This document shows, in pieces, positions 39,382-50,929 of a DNA stretch of 64,000 bases. Each line of letters opens with the position of its first letter. Within the stretch, counting starts at the first letter, position 1. The DNA lies in NCBI RefSeq assembly GCF_021869535.1, contig NW_026262668.1:101370001-101434000 (forward strand), in the 5' to 3' direction. The DNA comes from Mytilus californianus. Taxonomy: Eukaryota. Below the pieces are notes generated by a model. The model made no database searches. It saw nothing but the letters and a program-made list of their open reading frames with translations, and had not been told where the DNA came from. The position numbers and the translations under genes were made by a program.

Positions 39382-39490
39382 GTCACGTGACTAAAATCAA
39401 TCAACACGCCATGACACGGCTCACACATACACAGCACAACACTGTTGATTAGCGATTGATTTTGATTGATTAGACAATTCTGATTGGTTG
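39382..39490 (+). promoter_or_regulatory. Candidate promoter of the CUT-homeobox gene
   Basis: Perfect palindromic E-box GTCACGTGAC (39382-39391) and a reverse CCAAT box (gattgg, about 39482-39487), 170-270 bp upstream of the ATG. Function is inferred. Confidence 0.45.
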
Positions 39491-39655
39491 AAGAGAATCA
39501 CCCTGGAGGAATTACACAACAAAGACATTTTCTTTTTCGAGATAATCATTTTCTTGTTTGAATAACTGCCATACATTGTGAAAATGGATTTTAAATGTAA
39601 AACATGAAGTCGTCGAACGGGTTGTACACCTGGCAGAGTTTAAAGAAGAAATATA

Positions 39656-39769
39656 ATGGATGCTCACACATCGACCACATTAGAAGCTTTAGAAAGAACA
39701 GCAGCTTGGGTACAACAAGTTCAGAATAGAGTCGAAGAAATGAAAAATTCACCGAGCAGTTCTGCCCTG
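39656..39769 (+). CDS. CUT-class homeobox gene, coding exon 1 of 4
   Basis: ataATGG context; MDAHTSTTLEALERTAAWVQQVQNRVEEMKNSPSSSAL; donor CTG|gtaagg, phase 0, compatible with exon 2. Confidence 0.7.
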
Positions 39770-41264
39770 GTAAGGTTTTTGTTTGTATTTCTGAATGACG
39801 TATGTGTCTGCACGATTTCCGCAATGTAATCATTTTATTGAAGCATTCATGTTAATTATCTTTATTTAATATTTAAAAAAAATAAAACCTTCATTGATCC
39901 AGGCATTCGAGAGTTAGTCTAACATTAAAATGATCAATCAACAATGTACATACTGTTAGAAGTGCACAAAAGGGGGAGGGTTCCATTGTTTTCAATTTTT
40001 TTAGCAAGGACATTTGTACCTTACCTTCATGAGGCACAACAAATGCAGTAATACAATAAAAAAAATACTGAGAAGATTAAACTTAACCCCACCAATACCT
40101 AGAGCTTATTTTGGCGCCTACGGCCTTACCTCTGTGGTCTTTGAATTACAATGTTTGCATGCAATGGTTAGAATATTAAGCATTGCATTGGATGTTTATC
40201 AAATTTTGAGCATGTTTGGATTTTGGGTCATGAATTAAATAGTAATACAACAAGAACCATATCCAGATGTGGATCCAGGATTTTGAAAAAAGGGGTCGCA
40301 GGCCCCCCAAACTAGACAAAATTTGTAGTGGAACCAGTAAAAAGTCTGGATTAACCATAAATAAAGCTCCATAAGGGGCTCAGGGACCACCTAAATTTGC
40401 CCTTGATAACCCTTCTTTTCATTATTTTTATTCCGTATAAAGACATATAATATTATATGTCTCTGATCCTTATGAAATATAATCAAAATAAGGAAAATTG
40501 AGGTTTATATGTTATATTTCACTTTAGTAATAATATATTGTAGACATTTTCATACCAACAGTTATTTATTACATGAACAATAAATCATCTGCCAAACTAG
40601 TTACAATATCACATTATTTATGCATTCATGTACTAAGGAACAAGAAACTAATCCCAACAACTTACAGAAATTCATAATAATTGTTTTGTACTATTATTGG
40701 TGAACTGAGTTACATGACTTATATTCAGATTTATGGACTTAATATCAATAATAATAATCAATACTTTAATCAAAGGGGAGGATGGAGGGGAAATACTTTA
40801 GTTTTCATTTTGTTACTTACATGTACAAGCTAGAAAATAAGTTATTATAAACGTGTAGGATACAGTACTAGTAACCACATTCCAATTAAAAATTACAGGC
40901 AGTTCTTATATTTTTACATACAACAAAATAGCAAAGGTGCATTCATGTCGGGCCAAATTTAATATTTTACAACATGCAGTCAGTTTTTGGCTTATGCAAT
41001 TTCCCATCAACAAATTTATTATTACTGCCAAAATACTTTTATACATACCGGCACATGTAGATGTATAGTATATACATAATATATAAATATAATTTCTTAT
41101 CTACAAGTATTGAACCTGACTGTTTCGAACTGAAATGTGGTGTTCAAATAAATGCAAACTGATTTCTACCAGTTGTTAATATATGTACATATACATTGTA
41201 ATTAAGAGATACATAACATTATAGTCCCTCATTATAAAGAACTTCAGTATTAAATAATGTAAAA

Positions 41265-41521
41265 TTTCAAAGAAACCAAGAAGGCAATAATAGTGCTTGT
41301 ACATGTACAATAATAAATGTAGAATGTAGCATTTCAAAGAAACCAAGAAGGCAATAGTGCTTGTACATATACAATAATAAATGTAGAATGTAGCATCTCA
41401 AAGAAACCAAGAAGGCAATAGTGCTTGTACATGTACAATAATAAATGTAGAATGTAGCATCTCAAAGAAACCAAGAAGGCAATAATGCTTGTACATGTAC
41501 AATAAATGTAGAAAGTAGCAG
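41265..41521. repeat. Four tandem copies of a 64-bp unit in intron 1
   Basis: caaagaaaccaagaagg at 41268, 41335, 41399 and 41463. Confidence 0.9.
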
Positions 41522-42847
41522 CAGATATTGATTGTGCACAAAACTATCATTGATTATTTACCACTCCACACACACTTGATATTCTCCTTGCAATACAATT
41601 GTGCCATGGCAAGGTAAAGGATATTGAACATAAAAAAGTCTGTAAAAGAAAGTACATGGACAATTTTACCAAAATAGTATGTAAATGACCAGAGACCACA
41701 ATTAATGAGAGAAGGTTCAAAATTTTAAATACTTCACTCGTTCTTCAATCAATAATATCTCTTCCTTACTTTAAAAAATTGGAGTTTACATTATTCCTTC
41801 ACTGCAATTTCTTATTTTTTGGTTATAGATACATGTTTAAGAAATATTTTTGTCCTATTTGTTGGTTTTAGTTGTAAAGCCCCCAAAAAAAAAAACATAA
41901 TTGTGCTTCATTTCTCCCTACCAACAAAATGTGCCCTAATTTTTCATGTCTACATTTGATGGACATTTTTGAACAGGTAAAGTTGAAGTCTAGAACATGT
42001 CCATTAATTGTCGAAATAAAATATTTTAGAAAAATAAAATCATATTCACCAACCTTCATTTACCAACCTATGACATACCAGATAGAAATGTTGCATAGGT
42101 CAGACTAAAAAAACTATCTTCATAAAAAATCGTGTGTGCAAAAGATACATGTGTCAAACATTTCATAATAACTTGTGTGATAAAATTCAAATGTAATTTT
42201 TTTGTGAAACAAGAGCCACAGATCTTAGTACATACAATGTATGTATGTTAATTTAATCAGGTAACTAATAAATATATAATACATGTGTACATGTGTGTGT
42301 GTATATCATTAATAAGTAAAGAGCATAAAATTTATGTCTGAAGTAAACAATTAACTTGTTATATACATTCCTCAAAGGACATATGTATAGTACATTTGTC
42401 CATGTTAAGTAATTAATTACATTTGTATCAGATATACAGGGAGAGTATATAAAAGTTTTCCTTGAGTTTCAAATTACATTTTCTATTGTCCTACTTAAAG
42501 TCTTTAAGGTGTATAACTTTGTTTATATTTTTACAAGTCAATTATGTAAGGTTATGTAAATTTATGAGGCAAATGAGAATTAAAAACAATACATATATAC
42601 CCTATTTATGTATATGTGATTGATGAAATCCCAACTAAACTAGTCTAATTTAAATAATTTTTAATTAGATTCTTAAAATGCTCCTGTTCGATATGTTGAT
42701 ATGTTGCCCTAATCAGAACAGGAGCAATTAAAGGATCTAATTTTATCATGTTTATCAGATTGCAACTAAACTGAAATTCTTTTCGCACAGACACACTCAC
42801 ATAAATATTGTATGAAAACACACTGTTAATCTTTTAAATATTTACAG

Positions 42848-43015
42848 GAGAGTACAGTGGAGGAAATGAATATTGTTGATGAAGATGATGTTAAAATGGA
42901 ACCATGTGAAAAAGATGATAATAGTTTGACAGACCATCATGATGAAGCTCTCAAGATGGCACAAACTTTTCCTCCTTATATACCAAAGGGCAAGAATGGA
43001 AAATCCATAAATTAT
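42848..43015 (+). CDS. CUT-class homeobox gene, coding exon 2 of 4
   Basis: Acceptor tttacag|GAG, 56 open codons (ESTVEEMNIVDEDDVKMEP...GKSINY), donor TAT|gtaagc, phases 0/0. Confidence 0.8.
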
Positions 43016-44350
43016 GTAAGCATATTCAAGGGTTTAATTTATACTTGTTCCTGTTTCTGAAGATTTTTTTTTCTAGTGTGACTTTCCTTTTTCTTCTTCA
43101 ATAGAAGTTCTATATGTGTGTAATGTAATAATGTCAGAAACTTGAGGTTTATTATCGGTGAAAACAGAAATATTGTCATTTCAATAAAATCTCTGATTGA
43201 ATTCCTTTCTATTATTTTTTTTTAAATTGGAAAAATAAAATTCTGGTGATCAAATTTTGTCTTTCTTAAATCCAGATCTGTTTTGTTTATGATCATTTAA
43301 CACAACTTCAACTTAAACACCTGTCCAGGAATCTGTTCTGGACAGTCGACTTCAGTTTTTAAAAGTGCTTATTTGTCCCTTCAATTTCCAAATTCACTGA
43401 ATTTTTTTTTTTTAAATGTACGATATCATATTAGTTTGAAAGACTTCAAAAATGAACTCTTTTTAAAAACGTAAATGTTAGCTTGTGCATGATGACAAAC
43501 TTACAGTTTATTTTTCTTACACATCACAAATCATAATCTTATACATGTATTGCACTATTTAGTTTACTTACTGGTAAAAATGCTTTCTGTCATTTTCCTT
43601 TTTCAAATTGGGTCATGATTTATGGGCTGTATGCACTTTTTATTTGAACCTACTCATTGTCAACTGAAAGAAACAGGGTCTTCAATGGGAAATGTAGTAC
43701 TGTAACCATGGTAACATTTATTATTTTTATTTCTGCTGTTTCAAATAGGTAAAAATGGTCTCCGATATCTATTTGTAAAAAGTTCAAAACTCTGAAACTT
43801 CATGTACATGACAAAAATCAACTTTGACTGAAGATGATCTTCCCATATGAAATAGGATCCCTGTCCAGTACCAACAGATGAAGTCCCTTTATAAATCTAC
43901 CATCTTTTAAATGGGATATTGTACCGAGATGAAAATTATGTATAGATGCTTAAATTTGTAGTATATCTATAGGGTATTCATTAAACTTTCAACTTCTGTT
44001 AAATTTTAAGTGATTCTGAAATGTAGAGGGTGGATGATTGCCTGAGTAAATGTTCCAAATTTTATTTTTGATTTTAACCAGGAAGTTAATAAAATTACCC
44101 TATTACTACTCAAAATGTATTGCTCTCTTAAATGCCAGTCATGACCCTTCAAGAATTCTCCAAGAAACCATGAACATGATGAAGAGGGCTACTAGTAGAA
44201 GAAAGTATTTGAAATTTTGCAGTCTAATATATAGGGAATAAAAAATCTATCCCTCAATTTTGATGTAATTGCATTTAAGTAATGGGGGAAATAATTGGAT
44301 CCTGGTTCTAGTCAGTAGTTAAACTTGCACAATATATAATATTGATTTTG

Positions 44351-44752
44351 TTATGCCCCCGCCAGCATTAAGTTTTACCCTTGTCCGATTGTACGTCCCA
44401 AAATTGGTTTCCCTTCTTTAACTTTAGTTTGCCTCAACCAAATGTTATGAAACTTAAACTCAATGCTTATTATTACCACAAAACACAGATCAAGTTTGAA
44501 TTTTGGTGGCGTCACTTTTACCGTTCTAGAGTTATGCCCCTTTACAAATGGAAAAGTTGCGAAATTTTTCGTTTCCGTTCTCTAACTTTAGTTTGCCTCA
44601 ACCAAATGTTATGAAACTTATACACATTGCTTATTACCACAAAACACCGATCAATTTTGAATTTGGGTAGCGTCACTTTTACCCTTCTTGAGTTATGTCC
44701 CTTTATCACGTTATATGCAAGCGGGGGCATCATCTGTGTCCCATGGACACAT
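44351..44752 (+). mobile_element. Complete HINE-like element (family F4) in intron 2
   Basis: atgcccccgc ... gcgggggcat inverted repeats, two cores, terminal hairpin tgtgtcccatggacaca. Confidence 0.85.
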
Positions 44753-45004
44753 TCCCCATTTATTTACTAATTATTTATACTAGGGTCTAATAAAAATGTA
44801 CCTGAATCAAATTTCTCGTGAATTAAACCAGATCACTGCATTGTTAATTTCATACTATAAAACAATCTCATGTTAAAATATTCAGTATTTTTACAGACAG
44901 TGCGAGACTCTCAAGGATAGTCAAGGTTGTTTAACACCCTGTAGTAATATTAGTGGTCAAGTCATAGGGTGTTAAAGTCATTAACAATTTTATTTTTTTT
45001 TCAG

Positions 45005-45263
45005 TCTCACATTGATGTAAAACAGACTGTAAAAGACTTTAAAGAAGCTTTGGAAAAGTTTGGTATTTCACAAAGGTTTGCCTGTACACATATCATGGAA
45101 AACACTAGTCAAGGCAATCTAAGTTTCTTGTTAGATAAAGGAAAGAATAAACTTTGGTCAGAAATCAGCCCAAGGGGAAGAATACCTTACATTAGAATGA
45201 GACGTTGGCTAGATAGCCCAGATGAACAAAAAGCCACTATGGATTTATTACACAAGTCAAAAG
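45005..45263 (+). CDS. CUT-class homeobox gene, coding exon 3 of 4 (CUT domain)
   Basis: Acceptor ttttttcag|TCT. IDVKQ...ALEKFGISQ...SQGNLSFLL...KLWSEISPRGRIPYIRMRRWLDSPDEQK aligns by eye with the CUT consensus (INTKE...LKRYSIPQ...SQGTLSDLL...KPWSKL..GRE.F.RM..WL..PE). Donor G|gtaatt, phase 1. Confidence 0.9.
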
Positions 45264-45779
45264 GTAATTAATTGTATATCCATTGAGTTACTGGGAAACT
45301 CTTTTATTTGTGGATCATGATCGAAAAAACAAGGTAGCTGTAACACTACAGAATGCTTTTTCTTTACATAAATTTTATAGTATTGAAAATAAGCATCTTT
45401 TTCTTCATTTTTTTTAATAATAGCAATATTTATATTGAAACTGACCAAACATAAGTGAATTCCATACAAATTGTATACCAGATTTCATAAACAAAGCATT
45501 GTAATCCAATCTACACTTATAATTGTTTGAAAAATTTATTGTGCAATTTCTGATGTATCTTCATCCCACTTAGGCATTTATAGTAATATATGTTAAAGTT
45601 GTGTGTCTTCTAAAAATAATAGATACACATATCAATTTCATTTCTCTCTTGAAAAATGACATTCATCTTAAATTTTGTTTTATGTATGGTTATTTATGCA
45701 AAGAAGTTTTGATTTCAAAATGGACAGATCATACTCGCAGACAAATACAGGTATTGACTTTTTATTTTTACTTTTTCAG

Positions 45780-46570
45780 ATTATAAGAAAGGAACTAGAA
45801 TCAGTGGTGATACTGTATTGACAAAGAGAGAAAAGTTCTCTGTGTTTCAATTATTAGTGCTATGTCGAGTGTTTGAGGAAGACAATAATCCGAGTTTATC
45901 AACACGAGCTCTCCTTGCAGATAAACTAGAGGCTCCATTAGAGCGTATAACAATTTGGTTCCAGAACCAACGTGCAAGAGGTTTTCCAGCCAAAAAATTT
46001 CTAAAGGAGTCAAATATGGGTAAAGATCCTGTTGATATTCAGTCATTTTCAGGGTTATCTCCCAAAAAAGATCATGGAATGCGAAAGTCAAACACACCCT
46101 TATCTAATGGACCGTCAAGTAGCAATTCAAATTCACAGTTAACACCTCAGCAAGTGGAATCAAACAAACATGATGCATCAGTTCCTTTATCTCAGGAACA
46201 TGAGGCACAGATACAATCATGTATTAGTTCAGTTTTAGGATCATCAGTTTGTCAGAACTTGCCTACTACATCAAGTTCTCAAATGACCACTGCCCAGATG
46301 CCACCGTTTCCATTTCCGCTTCAACTTTTAAGTATGGCACAACAGCCAGTCAAATCGGAACAGTCAGCATTATCACTGTCAATGACAACAGGACAAACTT
46401 ATTCACCATTCTTGGGATTTCCACCAAGTATTTTTACATCAGCACCAACAAATGTTCCACAAAATACAGTAACTGATGCTGATGCACTAAACTTAATGAG
46501 GACATGTCGCCCAATGACTATCAAACAGGAGCCCCGTGACCCATCACCTTTTCCTGGAAATTCAGACTGA
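45780..46570 (+). CDS. CUT-class homeobox gene, coding exon 4 of 4 (homeodomain and S/T/Q/P-rich tail)
   Basis: Acceptor ctttttcag|AT completes GAT in frame. Gap-free homeodomain register: R5, F8, Q12, L13, L16, F20, P26, R31, L34, A35, W48, F49, Q50, N51, R53. TGA at 46568-46570; AATAAA at 46989 and 47262. Confidence 0.92.
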
Positions 46571-47776
46571 AATGTGAAAGACTTTATAAAGATAATTAAA
46601 TCCAATGAAATTACAATGTATGAATATTTAATTAATGTCAATTGTATGGTATATATGAATGTATTGTATTGTATGCACTTTTTTTTTTACATGTTTTGTG
46701 TTGCAGTGAATGACATTTAGAAATGGTTGTCTAGATTCTGCTGGGAGTGTGTGTTTGAAATGAAAATTTGATCATCCAAAAAGTGTCAATGGAAAGAGCT
46801 GGGAGAAAAAATATGACAGAAAAAAATTTTTTTTTCAGCTTAAGGTGACTTTACTACATTTGTATATCAATCAAAAAATTGTTAAAACATACTCTTTATA
46901 TTAAAGGATTATGAATTTGAGAAAGTCACTGGTTGATGCATTAATATGTGTATTATGTTTCTTAAGAATAATTAAATTGAAAAATGGTAATAAAATTTTG
47001 TGTCAGAGATACAATTTTGATTTTCTTCTTTTTTTAATTACATAATTGTAGGGTTATTGCATGAAAATTAAAATGGTGAATATTGTCAATGAGCTTGCAA
47101 GTACAATATATAGTCTAAAGGTATACATGTAATATTCATGCAATAACACTTTTATTGTATAGCAAAGATTGATAAACATTTCTTATGTTTTTGTCACTGA
47201 TAATTTGAATTTCTATTTATACTATCTAGTCATGCTAGTGGGAAATATTATGTCGCTTTACAATAAATATATATACATATCAATCAAGACTGGAAAAATT
47301 ACCTCAGCAAGCCTCTGTTACTCATTCTCTTACAGTTGTATGTATTAATGATGAACTAATTTCAATGAAATCAACAATAACAATTCTACTTTTGAAATAT
47401 CACAGATTAAGATTGTGTGTTTCTTACAAATCCATAGGAAAAATCCATAGGAAAACAAAAACAGAAGAGTATTTTCTTTGGAATTTTATAATAATGTTCC
47501 TCCAAATGTTTCCAATCTCCACCCATTCAGTGACAATATTAATTTGTGTATGAAATAGAGGCTCAAAGAGCCTAAATTACTGATCTAGTAAAAAAAATAT
47601 TCCGTATTTATATTAACATAAAAATCTGGACTGTAAAAATATTAACAAAGTTTTCCATTAATCTTTTATAGATCTTGAATTGCATTTTTGCTGTTGAAAG
47701 TTTTTTTTTTTTTCTATAATAGAATCCAAATAAAAGACAAAAACGCTAACATATGCCGAAAATAGTCATAATTACT

Positions 47777-48045
47777 CATATATCACCAGTCACAGTAGTC
47801 TGCACTTCTGTGTTGACATGTATTATCATTGATATGGTCATAATTTTAAATTAAATGTTAACAAAACTTTGAAGTTTTCGAAATACTAAGAATTTTCAGT
47901 ATTTTGGGTTCTCAATGGTCTTCAACTTCATACTTTATTTAGCCTTTTAAACTGTTTTATTCGAATGTCACTGATGAGTATTTTGTACACAAAGATGCTT
48001 CTGGCATACAATTTTAATCTTGAGTTAATGATGAGTTTATATGTT
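47777..48045 (+). mobile_element. Decayed hammerhead-bearing (retrozyme-like) dispersed repeat
   Basis: Matches a recalled mussel repeat ending in ...tcgagcgtcactgatgagtcttttgtagacgaaacgcgcgtctggcgtatac; this copy shows CpG-type decay. Confidence 0.6.
47965..48007 (+). ncRNA. Degenerate minimal type I hammerhead ribozyme motif (predicted inactive)
   Basis: atgtca-CTGATGA-gtat.tttgt.acac-aaag-atgcttc-tggcat. Stem I (atgtca/tggcat) pairs; the core GAAA is mutated. Confidence 0.55.
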
Positions 48046-48689
48046 AACAGAATTGACTGAGAAAGGCTTTGGTAAATGGTTTCAGTCATTCTTGCATTGC
48101 TTGAGATCTTGTAATGATGATTCTTTTTGAAACTTGTATTTTTTGGGAAAAATTGCATTCATGCAATCAAAACCCTTATGTGGCTGGCTTGGAAGTTATC
48201 AATTTTTTCCAGATTTTATCACTACTTTTCATATACACAAAACATAGTGCATTGAGCACACAACATTCTATACATCCAACCTATGAAAATTTCAAGAAAT
48301 TTATCAATGAAATATATATATGTATTCAGATACTCAAGTGTAAGTGTATGTATAACCATACTTGTCAAGAAAATTTCATAAATTGTGCATGGTGTATGAA
48401 TGTAGTATCTGTTTTAAAAATACCAATGATGTCATTGTTTAAGTATTATTTAAAATTGAAGATATCTTACTTTATACATAATTGTAGTTGAAACAAATAC
48501 AATGATATTTCAAATTCATAACAATGCCTTCCAATGCTTGATACATTGCAATGCTTAATTTTTAGTAAATTAGGCATTAAAATAGATTTTGTTTTGCTGA
48601 TTGCAGTCTCTGTTTATCTATTACAGATTTCAAGTTAATAAGCAAAATACTAAAATTTGTAAAAAAAAATGGGGGGTAAATTTTTTATT

Positions 48690-48970
48690 TTTTTTTGTGG
48701 GGGAGGGTGGTCAAATTCGCAACAGCAAAGTGTATTGCACAAAAGCACAAAATTGAATATAAATTCAAATCATATAACCAATTCTAAGTTCTTAGACTAC
48801 AGTTATTCTGTGTCCGAAATCTTTTATATGTCAAATATTTAATTACAATCCAAATTCAGACCTGTATCAAGCGCGAATATTGCGTCCATTTTTGCCCCAA
48901 CTTAGGGTTGGACCTCTGCGGGTTGGACCTCTACGGTCGTATCCAGCTGCGCTCGGCGAAGCAATTTATT
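48690..48970 (-). mobile_element. 5' part of HINE family F3
   Basis: Reverse complement of the 33270/37255 head (ggtcgtatccagctgcgctcggcgaagcaattt). Confidence 0.75.
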
Positions 48971-49101
48971 AAAAGAGAGGCAGAAGGTACCAAACAGATA
49001 GTCAAACTCAAGATACTAGACAATTACTTGCAATGTTATGCACCTTTGTTCAATTTTAAGCTATGGAGGCCATGTTGGTTGATGGGCTGTAATAAAATCA
49101 A

Positions 49102-50560
49102 ACAAGAGTGCACACACTGAAATGTGCCCCTGCTTTACTTGTGGTTGAATGTATGTTTAAAGACTGTAATATGAACTGCAAGTATCACATAAACTTAACA
49201 TTATCAGTGATCAATGAAAATGAGGTCAAGGTCAAATGAACCATACCAGACCGACATGTACACCTTACAATTATCCCATACACCAGATATAGTGGTCCTA
49301 TTGCTTATAGTACCTGGAAAACAGACTAAACCACATAAACTTAACATTGACCAAAGAACCATGAAAATGAGGTCGAGGTCATATGAACCCTGCCAGACAG
49401 ACCTTATAATCATAACATACACCAAATATAATTGACCTATTGCTTATATGATCTGATAAACCGAAAATTCTGAAAAATTAATATTGACCAAAAAACCAAG
49501 AAAATGAGGACTGTCATATGAAACTTGTAAGACAGATTTGTACACCTTACAATCATTCCATACACAAAATATATAGGCCCTATTGGTTATAGTATCTGAG
49601 AAATACACCAAACCACAACAAGAGTGCACACGCTGAAATGTCTCGCCTACTATACTGACCATTGATTTTATGTTGATAGTCCTACATATAACGTTTGATT
49701 ACAAGTACTACATTAACATTTATGATCCAAGAAAATGAGGTCAAGGTCAGATAAAACAAGCCAGAAATACATGTACACCTTTAATACAATCATTCCATAC
49801 ACAGAATATAGATGACCTATTGCTTATAGTATAAAAGAAACCGACCAAACCATGGAAATTCTATATAGACCAATTAACCATGAAAATGAAGTCAGGGTCA
49901 GATGAACCCTGCCAGACAGACATGCACACCTCAAAATCATTCCATGCATCAAATATAGTTGATCTATTGCTTACAGTATCCAAGAAACAAAATTAAACAG
50001 AAAAACTGAACATTGACCAATGAACCATGAAAATTAGGTGAAGGTCAGATGATACCTGCCAGACAGACATATACACTTTAAAATCATTCCATACACCAAA
50101 TACAGTTGACCTATTGCTTAAAATTTAAGAAAAACAGACCAAAACACAAAAACTTAACATAAGCAATGAACCATGAAATTGAGGTCAAGGTCAAGTAAAA
50201 CCTACCAGACTGACATGTACATCGTAAAATATTTCCATTCACCAAATATAGTTGACCTACTGCATACAGTATTAGAAAAAAAGACCAGAACACATAAACT
50301 TAACATTGAGCAATGAACCGCGAAAATGAGGTCAAGGTCAAATGAAACCTGCCAGACTGACATGTACATCGTAAAATATTTCCATACACCAAATATAGTT
50401 GACCTACTGCATACAGTATTAGAAAAAAAGACCAGAACACATAAACTTAACATTGAGCAATGAACCGCGAAAATGAGGTCAAGGTCAAATGAAACCTGCC
50501 AGACTGACAGTCAAGTTCAGATGACACCTGCCAGTTTGACATGTACACCTTACAATCATT
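49102..50560 (+). mobile_element. HINE family F2 array with a second F2 head nested at 49617
   Basis: Heads aacaagagtgcacac.ctgaaatg at 49102 and 49617; cores, three of them at 147-bp spacing (50181, 50328, 50475). Confidence 0.85.
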
Positions 50561-50565
50561 ACATG

Positions 50566-50687
50566 TATCCACCATGTGAAGTTTGGCTCGAATTGGTTCA
50601 GTAGTGTCGGAGGAGATTTAAAAAAGAATTTAGTACGAACGACAGAGATCTAAGGCTAAGTGGTGACAAAAGCTCACCAGGCTAAAA
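50566..50687 (-). mobile_element. 5' end of an F1-like HINE
   Basis: gctaagtggtgacaaaagctcaccaggctaaaa resembles the reverse complement of the F1 5' end. Confidence 0.55.
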
Positions 50688-50929
50688 TATTCACCCCATA
50701 TCAAACATACATACTATTTGGTCATATGCAGATTATAAGCTAAGTTTTAACTCCGATCTCTTAAAAAAGTCAAAGAAAAAAATGGGGAAAAGGGGGTGTG
50801 TGTCTATTCTAAAAGTAGTGAATATTTTCTTCATTAACCAATCATCTTGACCACCATTACTGCAAAAAGAACACAGTGGTACAACATAGAAGTAACAAAA
50901 AATTAAAGGCATGCTTACCCGGTAATAAG

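Noticed and set aside
43749-43920. Extra exon in homeobox intron 2 (acceptor tttcaaatag|)
   Set aside because: In the required phase 0 it hits TAA after 9 codons; exon 2 joins exon 3 cleanly without it.
45721-45779. Donor-like cag|gtattg just before the exon 4 acceptor
   Set aside because: It would define a 29-nt intron, too short to be plausible.
47556-50687. One giant F1 element spanning 47556-50687
   Set aside because: The hairpin at 47556 lacks the adjacent subterminal repeat and the interior is not F1-like, so pairing of the two ends is unsupported.
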